Translations under genes and position numbers: made by a program
Notes under the pieces: model-generated
Database searches by the model: none
Told to the model about the DNA's origin: nothing
What the model saw: the letters and a program-made list of their open reading frames with translations, nothing else
Part shown: positions 1-13,849 of the stretch, piece by piece
Numbering within the stretch: the first letter of the stretch is position 1
Layout of the letters: every line of letters begins with the position of its first letter
Assembly: GCF_004010195.1 (NCBI RefSeq)
Contig: NC_057728.1
Location: 41,436,179-41,500,178 of the forward strand
DNA: 64,000 bases
Reading direction: 5' to 3'
DNA from: Chiloscyllium plagiosum
Taxonomy: Eukaryota

Positions 1-2870
1 AAACCTGGCATACCAACTATGGAGTATGGAAAGATGTTTTAGACATATTACCCTCCATCTGTCTCATCGCCCTCCATGCTTTGACAGTGCTAATAACTAG
101 TGGATTGTGGCAATGTTCTGCAACTATCTTCATTTTGTCCAGAAACAACAGGTTAATAAGAGGACACTTTGCCTGGGAGGCCTCAATGTCCAACCATATC
201 GACACTGAGTCCTCACAGACTCAATCATTCACCAAAGATGAAAGGGAGCTCAATTGATATCTTCTGACATCCGGTAGATCCACTCCTCCCAACCCCTGGG
301 GCATTTGCAATTTCATAAGCTTGATAAGAGGCCGCTTATGGTGCCAAATAAAAGAACTAAACCAACCATTAGTTTCTGAAAAGTTTGGCTAGGAAAAAGA
401 AATGGCAGAGGGTATAATAAGCGAGGAAGAACATTATTTTTAATAAAAGCAACTCGACCTAGCCATGATATTGGAAGGGGCCCCCCATCTTTGAAGGTCT
501 TGTTCAACCTTGTCAAACAAATGAACAAAATTAGCCTTGAATAACTGCTCAAAACTGGGGGTAACAGAGAGGCCCAAATAAAGAAAGCATCCCTGTTCCC
601 ACCTAAAGGGGAACCCACCTTCAAACGTCCAGTATTCCCCTAAGACACGCCCCCCCCCCCAGAGGCATAGCCTTTGATTTTGAAAAAATTGATCTTATAA
701 CCTGAGAAAAAGCCAAATGAATTAATACATTGTATCAACTGGGGCACTGAAACTGCCGGGTTCGAAAGAAAAATGAGAACTATATCCGCATATAATGTGA
801 TCTTACGCACCTTCAACCCTACCTTTGGGGCAGCTTTATTAGGGTCCCCACGAATGGCCTCTGTCAGCGGCTCAATCACCAATGTGAAGAACAAAGTTGA
901 GCGGGAACAGCCTTGCCAACTGCCCCTGCCAATGTTAAAATGGTCAGACCATATACCATTAGTGAGAGCTGCCACCAGAGGATCATTGTAAAGGACCCTT
1001 ACCCATCTTGTAAACACTTCACCCAGACCAAACCGCTCCAGGGTATAAAAAAGATATGTCCATTCCACCCGGTCAGATGCCTCCTCCGCGTCCAAGGAAA
1101 CCACCAACCCTTGAAGCTGACACACTTTAATCATGTTAAGCAGTCTCCTAACATTATTAGAAGATCTGCAGCCCTTTATAAAGCCCATCTGATCCTCCTT
1201 AACAATAGAAGGCAACACTCTTTTCAACCTCAATGCCAGAGTCTTCGAAAAAATTTTAAAATCAGAGTTTAAAAGCGAGATGGGTCTGTAAGAAGCACAG
1301 ATTTCCAGCGTCTTCCCTTTCTTGAGAATAAGAGAGATATTATCCTTTCTCAAGAATGGCAGGAGGCAATCCCGACTATATGAATATTTATACATGTCTT
1401 AACATCGATCCTGACAGTATCTTTACAAATTTTTTAAAAACTCACTGGTCAAGCCATTAGGTCCAGGCGCCTTTCCACTTTGAAGTTGCTTCACCGCCTC
1501 CTGTATCTTTTGGGCTATTAATGGAGCACTAAGGAGGTTCAGCAGGTGCACCAGGAAGATCCAAATTCCTAAAAAAAAGACTCCCATCTTATCCCATCTG
1601 TCGTCACAGCATTCAGACTGGTGAAGTTCAAAGTAAAACCTCCGAAACACCTCATTGATCTTTTTAGCATTTTAAGTAAGAGTCTCATTCCTTCCCTAAT
1701 AGAAGCAACAGACTGGGAAGCATTCTTTTTCCTGACCAAATATGCCAAGTATTTACCCGGCCTATCACCATTTTTGAACAGCCTCTGCTTCACAAAGGAA
1801 AGTTCCTTCCTTGCTGTATGCATTAGCATGGAGTTTAAATTGGATCAGAGAGCTGTAATCTGCTGCAGCTTAGTCACTGATGGTCTACTGTATATGCTGT
1901 CTCAGCTGCCTTCAGTCATGCCTCAAGCAGATGTTGCTGCTCTCCCTTCTGTCGCTTCTAGCTGGCAGAGTATGAGATAATTATCCCTCTATCATAGGCC
2001 TTAGCAGTCTCCCAAAGAATGGATGAATTACTAGCTGTAACTGAGTTGGTTGCCAAAAAAGTTTCAAATTCCCTAGATAAGTATCCTATAAACTTGCTGT
2101 CCTTGAGGATGAAGAGATCCATTCGACAGTACCATGAGCCCATTGCAACACTCTTAATTTTAACCATTAAATACACTGCTGCATGATCAGAAATGGCAAT
2201 ATTCCCAATCGAACAAGATATCAACAAATCTAAAAAACTGCGGGAGTTAGGAAATAATCAATCCTGTGTGGCATTTATGAGGATTGGATAAGACTGTAAA
2301 ATCTCTGCCGGTAGGGTTTAAACTTCTCCAAACGTCTACCAACCCCTGTTCCACACATAGATCACCCAACTGCTTTAGATTGTGAAGAAAGCTTTGGGGG
2401 GCCTTTGGGCATTCTATCCAGCACAGGATCAATAAGGCAATTAAAGTCCCCCCAATAATAGTATGCAGCGACGCCAAGACCATCAGCTTAGTGCATCAAT
2501 CAGAAATTTAAGAAGGTGGGCCAGAGGACCGTAAGACATTCAAAATACCATTTTCCTTGCCATGTATTAGGGCCTTAAGAATAACAAACTGACCATATTC
2601 ATCTTTAACACAATCGATTAAATTAAATGGGAGATCCTTCTGGATGAGTATTGCCACTCCTCTGCTCCTAGTACTAAAGCACAAGCAAAACACCTGATCA
2701 AACCCACCCTGCTGTAAGTTCAAGTGTTCCTCGTTGTTAAGATGAGTCTCCTGTAACAGGGCAACATTCAGCCGTTCCTTTCTAAGGATCGACAACACCT
2801 TTTTTCTTTTGACTAGCGAATTAATCCCTCTGATAATCCAGGTGCACCATTTAAGAATGCTGCTAACCAC
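1..2870 (-). pseudogene. L1 ORF2 (APE endonuclease + reverse transcriptase), disrupted
   Basis: ORF 2508-2870 has WIIRGIN..KRKKVL..ALLQETHL..SRGVAILI. Later fragments have ISDHAAV, KAPGPNGL, YRPISLLNSDFKI, SLDAEEASDRV, QGC, LYADIVL, SGYKIN and WLGRVAFIK..VLPRLLY. Confidence 0.92.
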
Positions 2871-3329
2871 GATCCTTTACAACCTTTGACCCGCCGAGAG
2901 AAAGAATTTGTCTTACAACATGCTGAGCATAATCAAAAGGAGACTCATTGTTTTCTTTGGTTTTTTGTAAATAGACTCTAACTACAAAACACAAAAGGCA
3001 CTAAATGGGGGACTCTAACCCCTGCCCAGAGAGGGCGCTTACATTTCCCACTCACACCTCCATCCTCCTTTCCAGCCTGAGCTGCGCCCCAAACCCAAGC
3101 ATTGGAAGAAACCAAACAAAGGACGTTGTAAACACAAAGGTATAACAAAATCACTGAGCACTCGGCCCATCCCCACAATATATCAATACCATTCCAGATC
3201 GGAGAGGAAAAAAAGACCCACCAGCAAAAGCTTCTTTGGGAAAAGAGTGAAATTACAAGAAATAAAAGCAAGCAAAAAAAATCCCAGACACTATTGTCCA
3301 TGTCCATAAATACATCTACATTATTTTTA

Positions 3330-4170
3330 AAGTGTCCAAGAAGTTTTTGGCTTGCTCCAAGCAATGAAACAAGCACACTGTCTCCTTGTAAGTAATACGA
3401 AGCACTGCTGGGTATCTCATCGAATATTGAATACTGAGATCCTTTATCTTCTCTTGACCTCATCAAACGATTTCCTTTTATGGATCACTGCTGCAGAAAA
3501 ATCCTGGAAAAACATTATCTTAGTTCCCTGATAGATCAGGACCTGCGGATCTCTCCCAACCTTCTAGAAGTGTCCATGATTCTCTGAATGTCCCTATAGC
3601 ATTGAAATCGTATCAGAACCGGGCGGGTGCACTGACCCTAACCGGATCTGCACACCGCAACTCGGTGAGCTCTGTCAACCTTCACTCAGCACCCCTCGGC
3701 ATCCCAGCCAAGGAATTGTGGCAACCAGTCTTCAAAGAACTTGCCGGTTGCCCACCTTCTACTCACTCTGGCAGGCCAACGACCCAAATATTTTTCCTCC
3801 TACCTCTAATTTCCAGGTAATCAACTTGCTCAGTCAGGGCCTGAACCTGTTTCTCAAGGGCATGGATCCGCCCTGTCGAGGACTTGACCTCGATCTCCAA
3901 TGCTGTGGTCCACTGCTAAACCTCTTCCACTCTCTCCCCAAGCCCTTCCAACTCCTTCTCGTGCTTTTGCAGCATGTTTGAGATGGGCTCCAGTTGATTT
4001 CAAGTCACTTCCCTCAGCTGGATCAGCTATCGGATCACTCCAAGTTTCTGCACGATATTCTGCTCTGCAGGCATTTCTTTCACAGCTGCAGCTGCTTCCC
4101 CGGTTGCTGTCTCGGGCCTGCCCACTGCTTTTGAGTGTCCTGAGTGTTGAGACTTGGCCATTTGCTTCCC
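3330..4170 (-). pseudogene. L1 ORF1 remnant
   Basis: Manual translation gives VDYLEIRGRRKNIWVVGLPE*VEG, VDRAHRV and IMFFQDFSAAVIHKRKSFDEVKR, all typical L1 ORF1 motifs. Confidence 0.85.
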
Positions 4171-4949
4171 ATTTGCTCGAAAAAGGATTTAAATGATTGT
4201 TTTACCGTTTAACAGGAAGTCTTTTCCCAAAAAAACTAAGATGAGGGGTGAAAAAGTGTTACTACCGTGGGTTAGGGTGCAGAGGTCAGCAAGGCTGATC
4301 TATTCAGATTGCTGCCATTTTGAATCCCCTTGGGTGTGCATTTTATTGACCATTTTAGTTGTATGATTCATAAGGTGCAATGTATTTGGTATTCCTTAAC
4401 CATTAATTTGAAGGATGATTTAATTCCTATCTTGACAAGAAAGCATTACAATATTTTAAGTTTGAGATAATGAAGCCAAAATGCAATAGTGTTAATTTTA
4501 CAAAATATCTCATATATCCTCATGAAAATACAAATTTTAACTTTTTTCTTAAAATCATTAGGCAGCTTACATCCTAATCCAAATAGACCGAATTCCATCT
4601 AGGGGGCTTAGAATAGTAGTGATTCTTTTATGCGTACTTTCAATATATTGCCTAGAATACTGTCAGACTTCAGCTAGAGGGCATCATGCCTATGTCATGT
4701 CACATATTCAACATTCATAGTTTAAACAAATTTTGGAACCATATTAAACTATATAGTCCTGATTTTACAGGAGTCTTTTGGGCCTAGCATAAATGAATGG
4801 GGGTGACTATATTTCACCCTCAACTAAAACGAACAAATGCTAATTTTTATAAAATCCTAACATGTTATATTGCCAAAAGATTTTCTAGAATTTATGATGA
4901 CTTATACATGAAGAAAAGCTCAGAGAAATACAAATTGCTAGCAGAGGTT

Positions 4950-5700
4950 ACAGATTTTATATCCATGTGTGCTGGGAGAAGACAAGCAGAAGACCGCTGC
5001 AAAGGAGTCTTTACCCATGGGGATTTTCAGGGAGGCATCATGCATCAACTTCACTGAGTATCAAGGTGTAAGGAATCTGCACTTCAAGGAGTCAATTACT
5101 GAGCTGCATCACACTACAGTCTCAATAGGTGTCTTAGTGCCAGCATTCAGAGAACATTGCCAATGGTTGTCAATGTCTTTGTGGCCCAACAGTTTGATTG
5201 TGAGTTGTTTCTGGCCACAGCAAGCAGCATCCCTCGGTATGATGTGTGCTCCTACAGGCAAGTCACTGAGTATCTCTGTACCAGGAAGAACATATGTATC
5301 ACATTCCCATTTTCAGATTAAGTGAGATTGGAGAGTGCAAGATTTTGCATATTTCATAAAGTTCTAAAGTATTAAGGACAGCATTCGCCTTAGCTGTTAC
5401 GCTTTGTATAACTAGCCTAGCATCATTTTTCAATAGAAAGACATTCCACTCTTGAAGTGGATCGATTATTTGCAACACTGGCTGCATGTTTGGTAGGTAT
5501 GTGCTCAGTTGCTTGGCAGAATTCATGGCTCACTGATTCCACAATTGTCCTCTTCATCACTTTTATCCTAAACAGGCCATCAGGCCACAGGCTGCATACT
5601 CAAGAGAAGGGATATCTCTCCCAATGTGGTCAGTGATCCTCTGTGAGGAACCCAAATACAGACACATGCTTATAATAGGAGTAATTAGAAGTCCTATTTT
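4950..5700 (+). mobile_element. Highly decayed PIF/Harbinger transposase fragment
   Basis: INFTEYQGVRNLHFKESITEL resembles the HARBI1-like N-terminal motif that is clearer at 15900. Confidence 0.45.
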
Positions 5701-7019
5701 ATGCTCCAGTACGGCTCTTATTGCAGCCCCACCAACTGACTAGCCTATGTAACATCAAAAAACATGAGCCTGTTATGCTGCAACCCCCTCCACATCAACC
5801 ACGAAGTTTATCGTTGAGTTCTGTTTAATCCGTTGCCATTTTTGCATGACATCATCGCTCCCTTCGTCCCACACACACTATGAGCTGGGTGCCTGCCGTG
5901 CACACACACTATCTCAACTGCACCCTTTCAGTGCTAGTTGCTGATGCACCCTGCAGTGCGTATCTGTGCTTCCTAAGAGGCCTGCAAACAGATTGGAGAA
6001 TTGGCATGATGGTTGCGCGGTATGGCAAATGTCTGATGCCAGTGCCTATGGATGAGGGGTAAATGTGCCTTGTGGACATAGGACTGTAATGCAGTTTGAT
6101 GCTGAGCAACATGAAGACTGTTCGCAGTCAATGGTGAGAGAGAGACATTATTATCAAGTTTAAGGGCTGAGCTTTGCCTCTGTATTTCTAATTATTTGCT
6201 GCTAGATGGCAGTATAGCCATTCACAGAAGGAACAGATTATACTTTTATTACATATACATAATTTTTAATTTGACTTGGGTCAATGGGAAGTCTCCAGCT
6301 TTAAAATCAGGTTCAATTTATTATAAAAGCGCAATGTAAACTCATTAACTTATTAATTACATTTCAGGATTTTATAAATGTAACAATCAATTTCTGTTGT
6401 AATTTTTTTACTTCTCATAAATATATATTTTGTTTCCAAGAGTACTTGTACTGCAGCAATTTCCATTGAAAGATATAAATAACCAGAGAATGAGGCAAAT
6501 TTTATTTTATAAAACATTTTGTGAACCATGATGCTTTCATTTATTTCACTTCGGTCCAGTCATGAATATATTCTGCAATGAAATAACTCTCATTGAAAAG
6601 AGAAAAAGAGTGCATAATCTCTACATTCCATAATTAACTGCTAGGATATATTATCCTTTTAATACAATATGGAATTCTTAGTAAGATGAAGGAGATTCAG
6701 TATAACATGCAAGTTCTTTGAAGAATTGGACTGTTTTCAATTTGTTGGATTCTGCTCATAAGTGATTACTTGGCAAGCCATGTGTGGGGTAGCTGTGGTT
6801 GAATACAGTCCATTTCACTCATTCAAAAACATTGAGGTTTAATGAGAATGTGGTCATAATTGTGTTTACTGCAGTTTGACTATGGTAAATATCAAATGCC
6901 AAAAATAAATCTGTACAGTAATTGATACTTCCAGTTAGTCTTATCTTTCATAGAATGACCTAGAAATTACAATACTGAAATGGACTGTTCCATCCAACCA
7001 GTTCATAGAGTTGTGGACT

Positions 7020-7760
7020 CATAGAGTCATATTGTATAGAAATAGACCTTTTGGCCCACCAAGTCTATGCCGATTAGCAAACACCAAACTACACTAATAT
7101 TATTTACCTGCACTTGGTCCATAGCCTACCATTTTAAGTGCTCACCCAGCTGTTTCTTAAATACAGAGGAACCTCAATTATCCAAAAGACACGGGTGGGG
7201 AGTATTTCGTTGGTTAATCAAATTCCAAATAATTGAACGCTGGATAACATAGTTTAGGAGAGCATCAGGACCTTGTGATCTTGCTGGATAATCGAATGCC
7301 TGATAATTGAGGTTCCTCTGTATTGACTGCTTCCATATCCTCCCAGTTAATGAATTCCATATCTCTAAAATTCCCACTCAACCTCCTCACCTTAAATTTA
7401 TGCCTTCCGGTCTTAAACAGGTCTGTCATGATGAAACAATTCTCATGGTCTACCCTGTCTGGACCTTGCATAATTTTTTATACCTCAATCATACCACCTC
7501 AGCTGCCTTTGCTCCAGAGAAAACAAACCAAGCCTATCCAGTCTCCAGACTTTTCATTCCAGACAACATTCTGGCAAATCTCCTCTGTAGTGCAGTCAAG
7601 ACCTTCCATAGTATGGCAACCAGAACAGCACACAATATTTCATCTGCGGCCTAATCAATGTTTGATAAACTTGCAACAAGACTCTGCTCCTATTTTCTAT
7701 GCCCTAGCTAATAAAGACCAGCATCTTGTATGCCTTCACCTTATGTATCTGTGTTGACTT
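7020..7760 (-). mobile_element. CR1-like LINE 3' fragment, interrupted by a MITE
   Basis: KFPLNLLTLNLC and GRHKFKVR motifs match the other CR1 3' ends in the window. Confidence 0.75.
7164..7320. mobile_element. Tc1/mariner-pogo-type MITE, 157 bp
   Basis: Perfect 19-bp TIRs, CAGAGGAACCTCAATTATC (7164-7182) and GATAATTGAGGTTCCTCTG (7302-7320), with TA on both sides. Confidence 0.9.
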
Positions 7761-8379
7761 GTACACCATGTTCACATGGACTTGTACTATGTTACTATTC
7801 AGCTTTGATGCAGCCACTAATTCTAATTATGTTTGTTTACTATATTTCTATAATTTCGTTATTCCATTTTCCACTGCATTAACTGTTCTAAAAATATTCC
7901 ATGGTCTTCTATAAATTATTAACTCTGGTGCTGCATTTCCAAATCTCAAAACCTTCTGTATCTTTAACTCTGTTTCTAGGTGAATTCAAATACCTTCTAT
8001 TGTCAACACAAGTACAAACAAGTGTTGTTACTATATGACTGCATCACCTAATTGAGCTGGTGACAGTGAAAATGGATCCCTCAAAAATCAAAAACGGCCC
8101 TCAAGAAAACCTGAAGAGCTCTTGGGGAAGAAAAAATGATTCCTGGGCTTGAACCCCAAACTGTTCACAATATTAAACTGTGGTCCTATCAATGTTTTTC
8201 AAAAACTGTGTTACATTTCATATTTAAATCCCTTGTAGTAAAGTTCAATCCTCCATAAATGTTGTTGACATGAGACACTATTTTTTAATATTTTTGAACC
8301 TGAGCAGTAAAATCACTCTTTTCTTGCGCCAAATATTAGCCTCATCACTTTCACGATGTTTAAATAAAGCTACAACTGG

Positions 8380-9080
8380 GAAGTTTTGATAAAGTGACAC
8401 CTCAAACATTATTGTATAGAATAAAAGCTCATGATGTAAGAGGTAGCTTATTGGTATGGATTAAAAAAAAGAGATTGGCGAGGTAATGTGCCACTGAGAT
8501 CCATGCTGGAACGTTAACTGTTGAAAATTTATATAAATTGCTTGGAAAAATGGATGGAAATTGGTGCGAAATTTGCTGATGACACGAAGGAAAATAAATT
8601 GAGAAGAGGAAATGAGGCTACACAAAGTTATAGATAGGTTAAGAAACTAGGCAGTCATCTAGCAAAGAGTATAATGTGGAAATCGTTCGTTTTGGCATGA
8701 AGAATTAAAAAAAAGAGCATCTTATCTAAGTGGTAAGAGACTGGGTGTACTAGTTCATGAATCACAGAAAACTAGCACAGAGGTACAGCAAGTAATTAGA
8801 AAAGCTAAAAGAATGTTATCAGTTATGTAAGGAGAATTGAATACAAAAGTAGAGAGGTTATACTTCAGTTATACAGGGCACTGGTGAGACCATGTCTCCG
8901 TACTGTGTACTGTTTACGCTGTTGGTCACCTTACTTTAGGACTTTTTAAATGTGTTGAAGCAGTTCAGAGAAGGTTTACTAGACTCTCTCCATAGATACT
9001 GGCTGACCTGCTGAGCTTGTCCAGCAATTTCTATTTTTATTACTAGACTAATATCTGAAATGGGCAGTTTATCTTAACCA
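8380..9080 (+). mobile_element. CR1-like RT fragment
   Basis: FDKV, KFADDT, LQLYRALVRP and VQRRFTRL-like motifs. A small insertion at 8986-9039 is flanked by TTACTAGACT duplications. Confidence 0.8.
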
Positions 9081-11017
9081 AGTCTTTAATGAACATTGGT
9101 GTTTCAATTGAATAAGCGTTTCTGAATGCCATGACACAGAAACAAGCAAGTGAGTAGGCAACTGCATTATCAGATGTCTATCCAGCTATTTTCTTGGATT
9201 TGCTTGCAGAGTACCTAACTTAAAAGTGTTACATTACCAGATAAGAAAGTAGCTCCTTAACTTACTCAAGACTTAAAACAAAGCCCGTTGGAACTTTGAC
9301 TGACATGATACTCTTGCATCAAGTTATCATTAAAAATCTAAGCTACTGTCTAAACAAACTGGAAATCTTTTGGTTCCAATTACAGATAGTGAGTCAATAC
9401 CTCTGCTGAAACTAATAGCCATGCTTAGGATCATATGTAGTACTTTCATTTCACATCCAGACAAAGGAATGCTTTTAAGAATGTGGTTTATTACATGTAT
9501 TTTTTAAATTCATGGCATATTAGGTTGGTATCTAATGTTTTCAATTAAATTGGATAGAGAGGTTTTATGGTTTGAGGCAGGGTGGAATTGTTTATCCATC
9601 ATTATTGAGAACTTGATGATCAACCCTAGGCTGTATTAGCTACTTTGTCAACCAGGAGGCAGGATTAAAATATGTGTGAAGGTGTTTGTGCTTGTAGTTA
9701 TGTTTCTTTTGTCTTTGTTAGAAGATTTAGTCCAGGTTAGCAAAATTCAGTCTCTATGGAGCTTGTTTGGTCAATTAAGTCTGGAAAATGGCAGTATGTT
9801 TTAGCTCAATGTGACTGTGTTCTTTTTAATTGTACTGCAAAGTACTTTGTCACAGATTATTAAAATTAGATATCTGTTTCATTGTACAATACTGATCTAG
9901 CATGAACAGAAAATTAATTGTACAAGAATATTAATAGCTTTTGGTATTTGTAACTTGTTACTGCTTTTAACAGGTGAAGTGGAATTTTCCTTCACATTTC
10001 CTTCATGTTCCCTGGATGCTTCAGCAAGTTTATAAAGTGAGAAGCTGGTTTAGATGAAGAAGATTCGTTGCCTGTGCTTCATCAGCTGATCTTACCTTTG
10101 GTGGTGGCAGAGGTGATGCAATTGCTCAAATTACTTCTGACAGACAGGTACCCCTTCCTGATCATTATTCGTTGATCTTTGCGGAAGTATGAGTTAGTAT
10201 ACATCAGATAAGGGCAGAACTCCGTTCAATTGCCACCTATTTATGATCAAGTAACTTTCAGACACTGACTGAATAATGGCACTTTGGACGATATTATGTC
10301 AACACTCAGAAAGGAAGTGGCTTGGATAAATTGGCATGAAGGCAAAAGAAAAATACAGAAAAAAACTGTAAACCAAATTTCAATTAAAAAATTAGTTCTA
10401 TAAATAGCTGCTTCTGTAACTGTTTAAATAACTTAAAGGACTGGAATTTTATGCCCTATTTATGTTAGCTTGCTGTTGAAAATACTTTAACTGTGGGTAG
10501 ACAGCTACCTTTGGAAGGTGGCATTTGTGACCAAAATAAGAGATTTCTGTTACCATTGTGGCAGCACTACCTCAGTTGTGAGTCGAATGGATGATATACT
10601 TTTGTCAGCCTCTGGACAGATAATGAAACAATTTCATTACAGCTTCCATTTATGGATCAATGTTACACTGGTTAAGGATGGTGACAACATTGAAAATTCA
10701 TGGAGGACAAACCAGGGGAAAAAAGAGGGTGTCTGATTATAAACTTCGATTGGACTGCTGTAGAAACAGCTTTGTACTATCAATAAGTAGTTTCTAACAG
10801 TGGAACTGAGTGCTAATGTTGGATAAAAGTTGAAGAAAACAGTCCTTTAATCTAACGTAAGAAAGTTTAGGAATAGAAAATACCATTAAGGTCCATTGTT
10901 TTTAAGCCAGCATCTCTCAACATAGATCTTCTGCAACTGTTCGTTACATTGGCATAAACCTGATGGATATTTATTGGCTTGCTTTTCCCTTCATCTGTCT
11001 AACTGTTCCTATTGTCA

Positions 11018-11465
11018 CCAAAAGAGAAAATGCTGGAAAATCTCAGCAAGTCTGGCAGCATCTGTAAGGAGAGAAAAGAGCTGATGTTTCAAGTCCAACT
11101 GACCCTTTGTCAAAGCTAAAAAAAGGGAGAAATAGGGAGGTATTTATACTAGGCTGAGAGGTGAGTCATTTTATTTTATTTTATTTCATTTATTTATCTT
11201 TATTTTATTTATTTTTTTCACTGCTCTGTACCTCTTATTTCTTGATAGCACTGGCTTCAGCCTTGGTCATTCACAGCTCCTAATCTCCCTATAATCTCTC
11301 TCTGCACTGTCATTATCACCTCTTTATTGCTACCTTTGCTCCTGGAGCCATGACTCACTTTCCCTCAGCTCTTTTCTCTCCTTACAGATGCTGCCAGACC
11401 TGCTGAGATTTTCCAGTATTTTCTCTTTTTTGGTTTCAGATTCCAGCATCCGCAGTAATTTGCTT
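11018..11465. mobile_element. Penelope-like fold-back insertion
   Basis: Inverted arms at ~11018-11083 and ~11366-11433. TSD TGTTCCTATTGTCA at 11004-11017 and 11466-11479. Confidence 0.8.
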
Positions 11466-11789
11466 TGTTCCTATTGTCATATGTCTCAAAGATGATATCG
11501 CAGATGAGGATCTGTGTAGCTTTTCTCCAGATCATTTCTGTAATATCACAGCCAACGTGTGTATTGGTGAAATGTTGGGCTTTCACAGTGCATTTGATCT
11601 TCAGAAAGACCAGCTGCACATTAATTTAGACATGGGTGACTCAGTACAACTAAGCTACAAGCTAAGTGCAGTTTTAGATTGGCTGGAATTTGATAGGTAC
11701 TGAAGAAATGAGATGCTAAACTGATTTATGCAGTTGTACAATTGATAAAACAATGTGTTCAAAGCTGGAATCAGCATTGACACGGGAAG

Positions 11790-11889
11790 AACTTGGAAAC
11801 TCCACACAGTCACTCTGGAAGACTGGAATCAAACCTGGGTCCCTGGCACTGTGGCAGTAGTGCTAACTACTGAACCACTGTGTTGCCCC
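11790..11889 (-). mobile_element. HE1-like tRNA-derived SINE head
   Basis: Reverse complement reads GGGCAACACAGTGGTTCAGTAGTTAGCACT...GGGACCCAGGTTTGATTCC, with A-box and B-box-like motifs. Confidence 0.7.
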
Positions 11890-11989
11890 AAATGTAAAGC
11901 ACTTCACACTTACTTAATATCAGCAGCTGTTTTTGAACTTGCTACACACATGTACAGAGCGCTGGAAAGCCACCAAGCCATTCAATCTT

Positions 11990-12530
11990 GCTTGTAACCT
12001 TTATTGTCCATCTCTATTTGCCCTGGAGAAGGTGGCAAGTGAGCAGTCTTCTTGCAGCACTGCAGTCCTTGGGCTATATCCACAGTGCTGTTAGGAAGGG
12101 AGTTCCACAGTGAAGGATCAGTAATATAATTCCAAGTCAGGAAAGGGAACTTTGTAGTTACAGGTATCCTGATGAATCTGCTGCCGTTATCCTTCCAGCT
12201 AATAAAGGTTGTAGGTTTTGAAATTGCTTCAAAGGAGTTTTGGTGCATTATTGCAGTACACCTTGCAGATGATATACTCTTGAGTGTCAACAGTGAAGAG
12301 AGTGAATGTGGAAGGTGGTAGATGTAGTGCCAGTAAAGTGAGCTGCTTTGTCCTGGATGGTATCAGACTTCATTGGAGCTGCACTCATCCAGTGGAGCTG
12401 GAGAGTTTTCTATTGAATTGCTGACTTGTGCCTTGTCGATTGTGGCCAGGCATTGAGGAAACAGGAAGCGAGTTATCCGCTACAGAATTCTAAACCTCTC
12501 ATTTGTTCTTGTAGCCATAGTATTTATAGA
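11990..12530 (-). mobile_element. LINE 3' remnant, same family as 38380-39925
   Basis: Similar to the reverse complement of ~39470-39900, including the degenerate tail. Confidence 0.6.
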
Positions 12531-13849
12531 TTTAAATGCAGAATTTCTAATAAAGGATTAAAAGCAAAATGAAACAATTCCCTGAACCCTCTGCTGTTGG
12601 TATTTACATTGCAAGGGTGGATTCTAAGACCAGTGGTGACAGTAAAGCAACATGCACCAGATTTGCCACATACATCCAACTGAATACTTTGGTTTAATAG
12701 CTCATCTAAAAATGGTATCCTCCAACAGTGCAGAATTCACTCTGTATTGTGCTGGACTCTTGGATTATATTCTCAAGTCTCTGGATGGGGACTTGATATC
12801 AAAAGCTTCTGATTCGGAGGCTAGATCACTTTCACTAAGCCAGATACTTTTCCTTTTGCTCTAAAGTTACTTTTCCTTCTGGCTGTAGACTCATCATAGT
12901 GTTAGCATATAAATATCTGTAATGTCCAAATTAGTGTGTTGAAGATTTGTTAAATACATCTACCCAATGCTTAAAAAAGATTTCTGTTACAGATTGATAC
13001 ATTGCCTCAAGAGGCAGTGGTGAACAATTCCTTACATACTTGTCATTATTCCTGGAGTTATATGGTCTGCTTCTTTCAGAGTATAGTGCTGCTTTTGGAG
13101 ATAGTGTTCTAATATAAGTAAGATATGATGCAGCAGACTGCAATACAAAAATAAAGTTAAGTACAACAAATAAGGAATGTCAGCTTGAATTTATAAGTCT
13201 GCTTTAATCTTTGGAAAGGCTGTTAAATTATGTTCCATAATAGCACTATGACATGCAGTAAAACCAGTTGTAATGATGCATTCACTTTGAAGGAAATTTT
13301 CCATAAACCAAATGAGGTTATTTCTTAGCCATAGAACATTCTAAAGCTAGTGCCCAGCTCATCTCAAAAATACGTCATATATTCATAAGACCTTGTTCCA
13401 CAAAATGTTACTTTTAGCACCAGAAGTGCTTTAAGTACTGAGCAATGCACCATGATAGTCTTCAATCTAGTCTTAATCAGTACAGCATAGCAGGCAATAT
13501 AGGCAAACTTTCACTACTGAGGCAAGTAATTCAAGTGGGAAATTTCTATGGTAGAACCACCACGATATAAAGGCTCCCATTAGTCCCTGTCTTTGCTCCT
13601 TGGTGGCAGAGGCGGGATCGAGTTGGACTACCAATTCTGTAAACAGATCCTGGATAGCCATGGGGGCAAGTTGAGGTGGGTTGGTTGGAAGGTCCATCTT
13701 GACTGTACCTTTTCTTCTTATAGAAGCTGCTGGGGCCTTTAATCCTCAAGCAACTTCCACCCACTCACTATGTCCTCTCCATGCCAACTAATGCCCTCCC
13801 CGTTCCCAAAATTCCAGTGCAAACTCACTGCCATGCCACAGCATTCTTA

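Larger units (their letters stand above)
1..4329 (-). mobile_element. L1-clade LINE, decayed; 5' end present, 3' part runs off the window
   Basis: In order on the minus strand: G-rich 5' end, ORF1 remnants, APE endonuclease, then RT. Many stops and frameshifts. Confidence 0.93.

Noticed and set aside
2978..3466. 162-aa hydrophobic ORF
   Set aside because: Runs from the end of L1 ORF1 through the T-rich inter-ORF spacer and has no recognisable domain.
9974..10340. Coding exon on either strand
   Set aside because: Splice-like signals exist, but there is no recognisable protein or phase partner.
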